NCBI GenBank assembly: GCA_013265495.1
Contig: MU058793.1
Location: 188,001-252,000, forward strand
From: Vicugna vicugna
Lineage: Eukaryota
Reading direction: 5' to 3'
DNA length: 64,000 bases
Made by a program: the position numbers and the translations under genes
Part shown: positions 13,624-26,170 of the stretch, piece by piece
Layout of the letters: each line of letters begins with the position of its first letter
How positions within the stretch are numbered: position 1 is the stretch's first letter
Notes under the pieces: generated by a model
What the model saw: only the letters and a program-made list of their open reading frames with translations
Told to the model about the DNA's origin: nothing
Database searches by the model: none

Positions 13624-14231
13624 TGTAGTGGACATTCCTAAATGGCCCTCCATGTAGTGATGGAGATGGTCATTCAACTCCCTTTTTACATGCTGCAGAT
13701 GTGGTAAAGCTGAAGGCTCTACTTCTTAGACTCCCCAAGGTTCAGGATAGTATTTGCGTTTGGCCACTCAGACACACAAGATCTGGAAGGCAGCAGTGAG
13801 GCAGAGGTCGTGCTTCTGCTACTCCTTCTGGTGAGAGTTCCCACAATACTTGATGTTTCCACAGCAAGGTTAGAAACCTAGCTGTGCGGATGTCAAGAGG
13901 CAGGATCCGGGCACCATTTTGCTGATGGGGATCCAGAAGTGGCATAGCTCTGGAGCCAGTGGTCCTGATGGCAAACTTCCTGATCATTGGATCACACAAA
14001 GGTGGTACGATCAGGAGCCAGCACTTGGTGGGACAGCTCCTCAGTTCTCCACTTCCTGAGCATCACAGGAGCCATTCCCTATGTGGACCAATTCTGTATT
14101 GCTCTTCTGGAAATCATTCCTGGAGGCCAATCCTAGCTTTTCCAACCATTTTCTAACCACTTAATATCCTGCAAATTACTTTCTTCTTAAAACAGCAATT
14201 TGTGTGTTCTGCCACTGAGCCGTGACTAACA
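13624..14231 (+). mobile_element. ERVL solo LTR (LTR33-like)
   Basis: Begins tgtagtggaca and contains agatctggaaggcag…aacttcctgat…aatcattcctggaggcc, ending gtgactaaca. Confidence 0.6.
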
Positions 14232-14234
14232 GAT

Positions 14235-14745
14235 CCTCCTTTTCTAATATGAGTTCCAATTTTCAGCTGAAGCCCCATCCTGTCCTACCACAGTCTTCCT
14301 AGGCCCTTATGAGTAGAATATACAACCCAGGCTTAAGCCAATGAAAGTCCAAAACCCTTCTCATGAAGTCACTGCTTCAGGGTGAAAGCGTGTGACCCAA
14401 GCCTCCCCAGTTACAGTGAATCTCAGAAAACTTTTCTGGGAATGCTAAGAATAAATAATCTTTTCTGCCAGATTTGAAGCTAGCAGGATGTGACCCTGAA
14501 AACCAGAAGCAGGCATCTTGCATCTACGAGAAGAAACCCATCTAAAGATGAGTTCTCCAGAGAGAAAACTGAACCAAGAAATGGACAGTAAGAAATCACA
14601 TCTGTGGTGGCTTGAGTTCTTGTAACCAGCTGCATCTAAAATAAGATTAATCCTTAGGTGGTAAAGGTATATAAGCCAAGAGGATTTCTTTTATTTCTTT
14701 TTTTTTTCTATAAGCCAGTCTGGATTACATTATTCAACCAAGACT
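14235..14745 (+). mobile_element. Old MaLR LTR (MLT1K/L-like)
   Basis: ggcttaagccaat…gcgtgtgacccaag…ggcatcttgc…tataagccaag…taagccagtctggatt. Confidence 0.6.
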
Positions 14746-16009
14746 TCTCATCACACTACCCAGTACAGTAGTTTATGTTGTGGGTCTATCTCTGTTTCTA
14801 GAAGTAATGATTAGTGCAAATGTTTCCTGAACCAATTATGTGTGTAGAACATGCAGACTCATCCAGAGACTACTTTGATCTTCTCTCTACTCTGGGCTGC
14901 CCAGGGCCCGTTTCCTCCTGGCATCTGTGAACGTGCGTCCTGAGGACGACTCCCCAGAAACCACAAGCCCAGAAAGCCCTTGTCTGTATAACTCACCCCT
15001 CTAGCTTAGGCTTCTGAAAGAAAGGAGAGTTTGTTTGTTTGTCACTTACTATAATTGATTTGTTTCTCCCTAACTGTGCACTCAATCTCAATTCCCTTGG
15101 CTGCAGACAGCAAATCTGGGGCCCAGAGCTCCAGGAAGTCTATTATTAGCGGCACATAATTTGTCATGTGAGGGAGCATGGATTTTGGTGGCCATGGAGA
15201 TGATAAATGGTTTGGGAAGAGTGAGGGCAGGAACCGGGGTAGTTTTGCCTGGAGAAGTTTGAAGGAGTCTTAAAGGGGTCAATAAGCAATGTAAGAGAAT
15301 ATGCAGAACCCAGGGGACCTGCCACAATGCTGGACACAGGGTCCCCTAGCAAGAGTCACAGCCACTCAAACTTGTTGCCATGGCACTTTGCAGTGACCTC
15401 TGTTTCCGGGCACATGTTGGGGTTCAACAGGTGTCAGACATGAGTCTTTCTTTGTAAGGGACTGGATGAAAGCAAAATTGTGTAAGAGACAATATTAGGC
15501 CTTGATGTGATCTCCTACCTCCCCCAGGCACCCAGGGGACTCTTCTCCTGCCTACTGTCCTCTTCCACTTTCTCTTTTAGGGCAGCTTCTGGGTTCCAGG
15601 CCTCGATTATTCCTGCATCAATCAACCCACCCCTGCTCCCAGTGATGCTCATACAAGAAAACAATATGGTGTACACAAGTACACAAACCTTTGCCAACAC
15701 ACTTTACATGTGGTCCCTGCTCCTTTGCATGCCAGACTCCAAAGACAACCCTAAGAGGGAGTTTTCAGGCTATACAGAAGGTCAACACAGGAGAGATCTG
15801 AGACAAGTTCTCAAACTACATCACCACTCTGCCATTCACTTATACCATAGAGAGGAACCTAGCATCTCCTCAAAGATACCTAAAATGAAGTATTTCTGAA
15901 ACAACAACCAGTGTAGCTTTATATTTATCCAGCGTTGAACAATCACTCTAAACTTAGACTTATAAATTCATCTTCTTTGCTCTTCCCTGGAGCTCAGAAG
16001 GTCTGCAAG

Positions 16010-16135
16010 GCAAGTAGTTATATCAGTTCCATTGTACAGGTAAGGAGATACCCAGGGACAGAGATGTCCAGTGACTTGCTCAAAGTCAAATAGCTTTTAT
16101 GAGGTAGAGTCAGAATTCAAATTCAGATCACCCAA
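16010..16135 (-). mobile_element. MIR fragment
   Basis: ccattgtacaggtaaggaga…cagtgacttgctcaaagtca…agagtcagaattcaaattcag. Confidence 0.7.
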
Positions 16136-17402
16136 CATTTAACTAGGCACATCCTTTTTCCTGTCTGCAGCACAAGTTGTCCAATCTCCTACAAGATATA
16201 CTGGCATCTGCAAATTGTCCATAGGTGTATCCACCCTAATTTGAATTTATGGCATCAATTTATGACTGACCCGTTTTGAAGTACCTAAGAAAATGTAGCA
16301 ATTTAACATGTCAGAGGTTATCAGGAAATCCAATCTTCTTGTTGTGATGTCACCAAGAATTCAGAGATAAGCTATGCGGAAAATGGACATCCCAAGCTTG
16401 AGATTACCTACCATAGCATCTCCTTGAGCAAAAATACCCAGATGCTCTTACAGCATCTCTGGGAAACAGCAGTGACCATCTCTTAATTAATGATGTGATA
16501 ACTGAAGTGAAGATACACTGAAATCTGAAGACACTGCGATGTACGTGCCATCCTCCTGAGTTTGCAATTAGGGAAAAATGTGAATGATGATGCTTTCATA
16601 AAAGCCACCAGGACCAGCCACAGTGAAAAGTCTCAGAGGTGATAACCGAAAGGCTCTGATTAGCAGGTAAGCTGGAAAACATGAACAGCATTGTATAATT
16701 TCACCAGCTGTCATATCCTCACCTCACTGGGGCTTGCATTGCTCAGGGAAGACTTCAGATGAGCTGGATTTATTTAAAACGCACAGGGACATCCGATAGA
16801 TGTACTAAATGAGCAGGCTCGACACCACTTTTACGTTCCCTCTTTACTCGCTTTCAGTATTAAGATTGAGGCACTGACTGTTAGGTATTCTTCCGGCAGG
16901 ATGGAGTAAAATATTACGAAAAGCATTTGCAAGCAGGCTAAATCATGATTGACAAAACAAAATTTGTTAATACAATGGTTTGCGGCACTTGACAGAAATT
17001 TTTGTCAACAGTGTAGATTAAGGGATTCAAAAAAAAAAACGAAATTTGCAGATGAAATGGCTTTGATGTTTCTCATGAAAAGCATTTTGTTGACAGACTG
17101 GATCAGAGTGAAAAATGTGCACAGGTTTTCAGTCTTTGACAAAACACGTATTAGTCCTGCTGTTTTTGCTCATTTGTCATATACTCTATTGGCCTGGTCT
17201 TAGCCATACCAAAGGCTCAGGCATAAGTAGAAACAGTGTGAAAAACCACAGTAAGAAAATTTCAAACTGGTCCTGTGCAGTCATGAGGTACGGCCATGTC
17301 ATTTTCAAGAGCTTATTTATAAGTTCCCAAACACATTGTTTTACCTTATTTTATTAATTTTTCTAAGAATAAGATTCTTTCCCATTTAGAAAAGGTCTTC
17401 TG

Positions 17403-18130
17403 ATGTCAGTCAGGATAGTTTTGGTCATAAACAGCAGAAAACAAAAAAGGCTTATAAGCCAATGGTTCTCAAAGTGTGATCCCTGTACCAGCAGCATCCA
17501 CATGTCCTGGAAAATTATTTAAAATACAAGTTTTTGGTCCCTACCCTAGACCTACTTTCAGTTGGGTACAGCAATCTATTTTAACAAGCTCCTCGGCTGA
17601 TTTGACACACACCAAAGTCTGAGACCACTGACTTGAGCAAGAGCCAAAAAGAAATAGATTGGTCATATAACTGAAAAGTTCATGGGTATATGAGGCTCGA
17701 AACATGACTGTATCTAGGTGTTCAAATAATGTCATTAGGACCTGACATCAATTTCTCTTCTTTCCTTTAGAATGATGGAACTCTTAGAAAACTTCTCTCT
17801 TCATGGTGGCAAGATGTCACCAGCTCCAGCCTTATGTCCCATTCTCTTGACTATCACACAAGAGAAAGAATGCTTTCCCCTCACAGCTTCAACAAAAGTC
17901 CCAGGGTGGAGTCCCATTTTCCCTGAATGTCCAGCCCAAGCCTCGTGCCCTTTCCTGAACTTATCATAGGAGCCTGAGGATGTCAAACTCTGAGTGGCCA
18001 CTCATGGTTTACATGCAGGAGCAGTTTGAACTCTAAAGCCATGGAGAGAGAGTGAGGAGAGGTGACTGCCCATATAAAATCCAATGTGGATGGAGGGAGG
18101 CAGGGGAATGGATACTAGCCAGACTCCCCA
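17403..18130 (-). mobile_element. Old MaLR LTR (MLT1K/L-like) interrupted by MER5A
   Basis: tgtcagtcaggatagttttgg…acagcagaaaac [MER5A] …attggtcatataactgaaaagtt…ctcttcatggtggcaagatg. Confidence 0.55.
17460..17630 (+). mobile_element. MER5A hAT-Charlie MITE
   Basis: caatggttctcaaagtgtgatccctgtaccagcagcatc…ttttaacaagctcc…aaagtctgagaccactg, with TIRs at both ends. Confidence 0.9.
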
Positions 18131-18364
18131 AAAAATATCCATGAGAGGTATAGTCCTTGGTCCTCCAATAAATTCCAGATGAAGGTAAGTGTAGCTTCCC
18201 TAAATGCACACATCTTACATTAGTGTTACTCTAATACTAAAGGTGGAACCCTACCCCTTTAATCCCACCCTCTTCCTTGGCTTCTTAGTTAATGCAAAGA
18301 GTGGAAAATTAGTTTTTAATAAATGCAATCCAAAAGCTGCTCGCAAAGGAACTGAGAGAGATGC

Positions 18365-18495
18365 CTTGTCAAATGCCTCTTATAACACTGTTTCAAGTCT
18401 AATTTGCTGTTTGTTTGTGCCCTGCCCTCTACATTGGGAGAGGGGCTATGTTTAATTTCCCCCTGTATCTTCAATCCTGCACACAAAATCTGGCA
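18365..18495 (+). repeat. Copy 1 of a local ~135 bp direct duplication (L2-tail-like)
   Basis: Aligns to 18961-19100, e.g. cttgtcaaatgcctctta(t/c)aacactgtt and tgtatcttcaat(c/g)ctgcacacaaaatctggca. Confidence 0.85.
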
Positions 18496-18960
18496 CTTAG
18501 CAAGGCCTGCATGTCTCTAAATAAAACGAGTTCCTAAAGACTGACGATGCAGAGGAGTCTAGAAAAGATTCCCTGAGGAGCATTAGATGCAGCTCTGCAC
18601 AGATGGAGGTGGGGTGGTGGGAGGGAGTGGCCATCTTTGACTCCACTGCCTCCCTCAGTAGAGCCTTTTATTTCCCATAGTTCACAGAGGAATTTATTTA
18701 GCAAAGGAATAAAGAACACATGTACACGGTTTGGCTTTCATCTTCAAACCAAGACTAAAACTTTGAGCTGTCATAGTTGTGCCACCTCAGCAGTCCAAAT
18801 CCAGTGTTTTACAAAAGAGAAAGAAGAAAGAAAATTTTATCCATTCCCTGTACCATCATCTCTACACAGAACAAGAAAATATTTTCCCTTTTTAGAACAA
18901 ATGAAAATGCTCAGTGAGTAATCTCATTCTAACTTGAGAATTACTATCAAGAACAAATGT

Positions 18961-19100
18961 CTTGTCAAATGCCTCTTACAACACTGTTCCTAATCTAACT
19001 TGTGTGTTTGTGCCCTGCCCTCTTCACTGAGATCTCCCCAAGGACAGGGATTATGTTTAATTCCTCTCTGTATCTTCAATGCTGCACACAAAATCTGGCA
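18961..19100 (+). repeat. Copy 2 of a local ~135 bp direct duplication
   Basis: Aligns to 18365-18495. Start offset is 596 bp. Confidence 0.85.
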
Positions 19101-19368
19101 GAGTCGATGCTGCATATATACAAGCCACAATGAATTAAGTGGAAAGTGTCCTGTTTCCCATATTTCCTCTCTACTAGTAAGTAGCCCCACTGCAGTATAC
19201 ACTTGGCTGTTCTCTGGTTTCTATCCCAGAACATCTGTCCCCTCATCACTAGTCAGGGTGTTGACAAGATGGGCAGTTTTAAGGACTATCTAATGCCACC
19301 TTCGTCTCTCCTACCATCTAGTTATGTAACCATGACCTTGAGACATTTTTACACCCGACTCCCTCAAG

Positions 19369-19387
19369 TGACCACTAGAGGGCAGCA
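19369..19387 (+). promoter_or_regulatory. CTCF-binding motif (strong match)
   Basis: tgaccactagagggcagca matches the CTCF core CCAC(T/C)AG(A/G)GGGC(A/G). Confidence 0.65.
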
Positions 19388-20244
19388 GAGAACACAATGA
19401 TGGCACAATGGCCATTTTGTCTAGCCTTTGTCTTCAGCTCTCCAATTCTCTCAGTTGTCCTAGCCTTCATCCTTTTGTTAACTTTGTTTTTTATGGGTGT
19501 AAGTTTCAGTATGGGACAACCTGGCTTGTTTTAGAGCAAGGAAAAACACTCCTTTCTTTCTTTATGACTTTTAATGGGATTCCTCAGAAAAATAATTTCA
19601 TTGGCAAGCTAAGATATTCAAAGTTTACAAAACATATCCTTTTCTTCCCTTTAAATATGACCTTTCCCTTCAAAAATAAAAAAATAAAATAAAATCTTAT
19701 CTACCTACATTAGGCTACAGCCTTCCCTTCTCAGTCCCTTTTCTATAAGATCTTTAACTGAGCTGTTCTATCACTCCCTCCAGCCTCCATTCTTCTCCTG
19801 ATCCAAAATCCAGTCTGGGAAAAAGCTCCCATTGGAAGGATAATTAAAGTAGATGAACAAGTCCTTCAGTCTCAGTTAATCCCAGTAAGCCTAATTCAGC
19901 TTCTATAGATGGAAGGATAAGTATGTTCTCCCATCAGAGTCATTCATAGCTGGACTGCAGCCTACACCAATAAATCACTCCCCAGATAAACGCAAGGTCA
20001 TGGAGACCAAGTTTCTACATAAGTAAGATTTAATTTGGTCTAGGTTTGATCCAATTGCGCAGGTCAAGGAATCACTGCAAAAAAAGAAAAAGAAAAAAAG
20101 GCTACTTAGAGCTAAATTTCAGGAAGAATCAACACCCTTTAATCCTTGCCTCTACATAAAACTCAAGTTTCAGGACAGTGCCTTTAATTTGACATGTAAA
20201 TCAGAAAGCCTTTTAAAATAAAAATTGAGCAGCAACTATTAAAA

Positions 20245-20570
20245 TGAATGCTTCCATTTCTAGAAATGAGGATACTCATTGCAGCTTTATTTATCATAGA
20301 GATAATTAGAAACAACTTAAATTATCAATAAGGGATTATTTAGATATATTTTTGTATATTCATACTATGAAATACCATACAGTTAAAAAAAAAGAAAGAA
20401 TCAGATCTATACTTAATGAAAAAGCAGAGTGGCTAAGAAATATTATTAAGAATGTACTAAAAACCTAAAAATGTAATTTTTGAGTTTTAAAAATTATACG
20501 TGTATATATACAAATGAATATGAATACAGACCTATGTTTACACAATCTGGAAAGATTTACAACTGGTTTG
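20245..20570 (+). mobile_element. Old L1 (L1ME/MC-like) 3' fragment
   Basis: ggatactcattgcagctttatttatcatag…ttagaaacaacttaaat…tatattcatactatgaaatacc. Confidence 0.65.
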
Positions 20571-21010
20571 GGGGAGCACTGTGGATCTGGAAAGTGGACA
20601 TTTCACCCTTTAAAATGGAAGCTCCACAAAGTCAAGGGTTCTGCTGGCCTTCACCACCACCATGTCTCCAGTACCTACAGGAGTGTCCAGTGCTTATACA
20701 CAGATGGAGAAAGAATGGACAGCAAGTCATCTCCACTTGGAAGCTTCTCCTTATCACCCTCAGGAAAAATCAAGGCCTTTCCCCTTTGCAATTCCACAGC
20801 CCACTGGTCCTCTTTATCTAGGCATCCATTCAAAAAATAATTATTGAGTACCAACCATATGCAAAGAACTTAGCATATCACATAATTTAGTTATATACTT
20901 ATCTATTTACACTCTAATGAATGAAATTCTTGAGGATAGGGAATGACTTATTAATCTATATAATGGCCACAACAATAAAAACAGTATTAGGGGTGCTTAT
21001 TAAATGGGTT

Positions 21011-21389
21011 CAAAGACACATGAAAAGATGTTCAACATTACTAATTAGAGAAATGCAAATCATTCTCACACTGGTCAGAATGGCCATCAGCAAAAAGTCT
21101 ACAAATAGTAAATGCTGGAGAGAGTGTGGAGAAAAGGGAACCCTCCTACCCCAGTGGTGGGAATATAAATTGATGCAGCCACTATGAATAATAGTATGGA
21201 GGTTCCTTAAAAAACTAAAAACAGAGTTACCATATGATGTAGCAATCCCACTCCTGGGCAATTATCCAGAGACAATTCTAACTGGAAAAGACACACGTAC
21301 TCCAATGTTCATAGCAAAACTATTTACAACAGCCAAGACATGGAAGCAGCCTAAACGTCCGTCAACAGATGAATGAATAAAGAAGATGT

Positions 21390-21427
<38 letters not shown>

Positions 21428-21876
21428 AGAATACTACTCAGACATAAAAAAGAAAGAAATAATGAGATTTGCAGCAACATGGATGGAAGCCTAGGGATTA
21501 TCATACTAAGTGAAGTAAGTCAGATAGAGAAAGACAAATATCATATAATATCACTTATATGTGGAATCTAAAAAATGATACAAATGAAATTATTTACAAA
21601 CCAGAAGTAGATTCACAGACGTAGAAAACAAACTTATGATTACCAAAGGAGGGGAGATGAACTTGGAATTTAGGATTAACAGATACGTACTACATATAAA
21701 ATAGATAAACAATAAGGACCTACTGTATAGCACAGAGAACTATATTCAATATCTTGTAATAACCTATAATGGAAAAGAATACAAAAAAGTATGTATATAT
21801 ATAACTGAATCACTTTGCTATATACCTGAACATGGTAAATCAACTATACTTCAATTAAAAAAAAGTAAAACAAAAA
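21011..21876 (+). mobile_element. Young artiodactyl-type L1, 5'-truncated (ORF2 C-terminus, 3'UTR and A-tail)
   Basis: Encodes decayed ORF2 ([16 protein letters not shown]…[18 protein letters not shown]). The 3'UTR aaggacctactgtatagcacagagaactatattcaatatcttg…aactgaatcactttgct…aaatcaactatacttcaat is followed by an A-rich tail. Confidence 0.93.
21393..21423. repeat. (AT)15 microsatellite inside L1
   Basis: Read directly. Confidence 0.95.
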
Positions 21877-21999
21877 TACTTGACTTGCTATTGGGGGACA
21901 TGTAGAAAAGGAGACATAATTTATTCCTTTACTTTATTTACAATTGAGATAGCATTTTGTAATTGCTTTTATAATAGATTTTTAAATTTAAGTATCTAC

Positions 22000-22545
22000 T
22001 TTGGGTAAGTATGTAGATAAAGGGGCAGTTTTACACTTTGCAGGTGGAAGGGCACCTTGGTGGAGCCTTTCTGGAGGCTGGGCTGGCTTACTGTAAAGAG
22101 AGTCTGATGGTATGGAGTCCTTTGACATCACAACTCCTCCCCTAGGAATCTGCCCTAAGGCAGGAAGGGTACACAGAGGAGGTTCATGCCATCAGTGCTT
22201 ACAGTAATTTATTATTACAAGAAATAGCATCATCAAACATTCAGTGTGGAACTATGCAGTCATGAAAAATCATTTGTTAGAATATTTAAAATGTCAAAAG
22301 ATTTTCAAGTTATATTAGTTGAAAAGAGTGGCAGAAGTGGTATTCCCAGTATGATTTTGATAAGGAAAAAAAAATACATACACACACACTCACACATGCA
22401 GATACAGACACACAGATGAGTGGGGTATATAGCCAAAATGTGACCCGTAGTTAAATTTGGATGCAGGATTATAGATACTATTAATTTTCTTGACTTTTTT
22501 AGTGTGTTCTTGATGTTTCAAAGTCTACAATAAAAATGTATTATA
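22000..22545 (+). mobile_element. Old L1ME-like 3' end
   Basis: cctttgacatcacaactcctcccctaggaatctgccctaagg…ggaactatgcagtcatgaaaaa…tctacaataaaaatgtattat. Confidence 0.6.
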
Positions 22546-22549
22546 TCCA

Positions 22550-22762
22550 GCACCAAGCATGAATCCTAATGTAAACTATGGGCTTTGGGTGCTAATGGGT
22601 CAAGACTGGTCCTTCGATTGTAAATGTATTTCTGGTGCTGGATGTTGATAATGGGAGAGGGTGTGCTTTGTTGCCGGGCAAGGGGACAGGGGTATGTGGA
22701 AACTCTTTATATTTTCTGCTCAATTTTGCTATAAGCTTAAAAAAATAAAGTCTAAATTAAAT
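22550..22762 (+). mobile_element. L1MC-like 3' terminus
   Basis: gaatcctaatgtaaactatgggctttgggt…ggatgttgataatgggagagg…ttttctgctcaattttgct…aaaaataaagtcta. Confidence 0.8.
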
Positions 22763-23932
22763 ATATTACTTTGATAATAAGAAAAATATAACTAACTAAA
22801 AAGAAAAAAAAAACCCCTGTTTTGACAATTAAAACAGATGAAACAAAGCTGGACACTTAAGGACATTAAAGAGAAGTCAGCCAAGCTGAGAGAAGGCAGC
22901 TTAACTCTCCGAGCTTTAAAATTCTGCGTGGATCTGCTTCTTTGCTCCCCTGCCTCTACCAGGAAAGCTGCCTCATATATTCCTGAGAGAAAGGAAAATT
23001 CCCGAGAGCAGGGAGAATCTTCAGTTGCATGCACAAATACAAACACACATACAGGCATGTTCTCTCTTCCCCCTCACACACATACCTCCTAACTCACATT
23101 CACAAAGGAAAGACTATCCCAAAACCTTTCTCCAGATTCTCTATTAGAAAATCTAGCTCAGGGAATCCTGTGCCTCCCAGAACCCTGATCATAAAAGTAC
23201 TCTGGGGAGCTTCAGGCTCCATTTTTATGAGTCCACAACACATTTATTAAGTGTTAAGAATTTCTGAGAGATTTTTTTTCTTGGGGGTGGGGGAGCTGTT
23301 TTGATTGAATCTAGAAATCATTTTACCACTGAGGATTTTCCCCCTTGAGAGTAACCAGGAAAGTTTCAGCTTCTGATTAAAAGAAAGCAGTGATGGTCAA
23401 TTCTGGGACCCTCAGAACAAAGTAGACTTATGAACAACCATTAGCTTTAGCTCTTTTAAAATACCTTTCCCCTCCCATGTAAATCATCTTTCTCCAAATC
23501 ATGGGCATTGAAATCCTGCAGGGTCAGTTTCCCAGTTATTAACAGCCTCCTGACTCAGTCACTCACACTGTCATTGGGAAACACTTAGAAATGTCATTAA
23601 AGGCACTTGGTTATATAAAAAGGTACTGTGAGGCATGATTATTCTGGGAAGCAGGGAAGGCATACCTCGTAAGTATTCTTAGGAGGATGAGAGAAAATGA
23701 GGCATCGAGGCAGCACAAAGGTATACACAGTAGGTGTACCTGTTGAGTTGTGGTTTTAGAGAGTTGTTATTGTTATAGTGTCATCATAATTAAAGAATGA
23801 TGATGAAACCAGGATGAAAGAGACTGAGGATGTATGTGCTGGGCCACTAGCTAGCAGTGGGTTCATGGATGTTTCCTCTGTCTTAGTGGATCTCAGTTAA
23901 CTGTCAATAAAATCAGGGTGTTGTGCTAGAGG

Positions 23933-24116
23933 CAACCTGTTCCCAAACCCAACTTAGCATCAGATTTTTAAAAATACAGATTGTAAGATCAGACCCCAAC
24001 CCTTCCAAATAAGAATTTCTGGGGGTTGGAGTCCTAGGATCTGTATGTTTTTAAAGATTCCCAGGTTTTTTGACTTGGACACAATCACTCAACAAAAACG
24101 AGTTTGGGCACTGCTG
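23933..24116. mobile_element. MER5-family DNA transposon
   Basis: ttttaaaaatacagatt…agaatttctgggggttggagtcctaggatctgtatgtttttaaagattcccagg…gagtttgggcactgctgg. Confidence 0.65.
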
Positions 24117-25303
24117 GTTTATATGTATCACTGGCCTTTTCCACTTCTAACATCTCCTAAAAAGAATCAAATAGATGCCCAAAGGACCACTGTGCAGAGA
24201 TGTGATCATCCAAACTGTTGTGGATTTTAAGTGAGGAAACACTGAATGTGGCCTGAGGTGATAGACAAGGAAGATATTGTGAGTGCACCATTACAAAGCT
24301 TAGATCTAGGGTTCACAGAAAATAAATCTGTAGGAGTATAGCTGGACTAGAATGCTGCCCTTTCTATAATATTTACAACACACTCAAGTCTTACAGTTGG
24401 TAAAAAAAAAAAAAGTACCTACTTGCACTGGAACTTTGTTTTGTACATTTAAAAATACAATCACCAGAACTTCAAAATTATCTGGCTGTGTTGGTGTCAA
24501 ATACAAGAGAAAAAGGGTTTACCTGAAATTAACATAAAAATACAAAACTTCAGTCCATAATCAACACTTCTGAACAAAGTTATGCAGATTAGCCATTCTC
24601 ATTCAAGATGATATCACAATAAAGATTCAGAGAAAATCTTTGTTACACTGAGTAACTTATTCAAGAAAGAATTTTGCATGAATATAGAAGTTACCATCAA
24701 AACTGGTAACTCCGTAACTAACTGCAAACTGAGAATTAACTTAATAATTCTGAACACAGCACAAATCTTCAAGAATGATTGGTCCCAAGGGTTACCGGCC
24801 GTGCAGGCAGTGTGGAAAAGAGGTGAAGGACTTGCCTGAGGGGTCCTCATCTTGGCAGTGCCTGGTGACTGCATATTCTAGCTCATGGCCCTTAACATTT
24901 CAGTAGCAGAGAACTTAACATGCTTCATGTGGTTTGCCCTCAAAGAGGAAACAAAGTTAACTTGCTTTCAGAAGCCATTACACAGTAGAGGCTGTGCTCT
25001 ACTGAAAAGGAAACCTGCAAATTAAGGTTGCTACAACTGACCACATGCCAAACAAGGACGTAGGCTGACTCTCTTTTCACGTTTTCAAGATGGGGAATAT
25101 TATCTTGGGTCTTTGGAATTACTCTTCTGGCTTGGTTTCTTGTGTATGAATGAGACTCAGAGATACTAAATCTCTGCCGTGCTGGTTGACTCTGCTCAGC
25201 CAGATAAACATGCAATGCTCAAGTGTACCTAGGGGAAGTCATCTTTGGAGTAAAGGCAGAACTGGACAACTGAATTGTTTTTTAGTGTCTAGTTCAGTGG
25301 CTG

Positions 25304-25570
25304 CATTCACTTATGAACTAATTAATATTTCTTGATCACCTCCATGTGTTAGAAATTATTCCGAGTTACAGAGATGGAGAAATGAATGAAGGTCCATTCC
25401 CATCAACGTCGCATTCTGTTAGCACATAAGAGAAAAACAGACAAGTAAACAAATAAGGTAGTTTTAAACAGCTGTAAGTTCTGCAGAGGAAATGAACAGG
25501 ATGATGTTGCAGAGGGTGATTGGGAGAGGGCCACTTTAGACAGATGGTCAAAAAAAACCTCTCTGAAAAT
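25304..25570 (-). mobile_element. L2 3' fragment
   Basis: cattcactt…atatttcttgatcacctccatgtg…acagacaagtaaacaaataa…cactttagacagatggtca…cctctctga. Confidence 0.75.
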
Positions 25571-25979
25571 ATTACAAAACTCTCAGCTTTCTCATCTAAT
25601 AAGCAGCTATTTGTTGTGGCCAGTTCTGGAAATCAGTGCTTCCTTCAAGATCCAGTATTGAAAAATACTCAGAATACATTGATCCTTACCTTTATGCATA
25701 AACCCGATGCCCTCATCAAACAAACAAAACTGTTTGAATTGGGACTTTGGTTGAAATATGAAAAATACTCATTTGGAGACTAGCTGAGGACTAACCAACA
25801 ATTATGCTCACTGAGTCATCTAACCAGACACCATATGGAAGATGTAATCAAAACTAAAAATATAAATAAATATTGCAGATTCTGCCTTTGATGAATCTTC
25901 CATATCTTAGGAAGCATACAGACTACTGCTTGGAATATTTCTATACCAAATAAGCTATTCAGACAATTAAAGCCATGCC

Positions 25980-26170
25980 ATAGCTTTTTGGATAGTGCTT
26001 TACATTTCATAATGTCACACTCAGCACAATTCTATGAGTTATACGCAGAAGGAAAATGAGATTTAGAGGAGTTACAGAACTTGTCGAAGATCACACTGCT
26101 AATAAGTAGCAGAATCTAGACATGAACTTAAATTTCCTGACCTAAGTTATGAACCTTCACTCTCCCACAT
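25980..26170 (-). mobile_element. MIR SINE
   Basis: aaggaaaatgagatttagaggagttacagaacttgtcgaagatcacactgctaataagtagcagaa. Confidence 0.7.
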
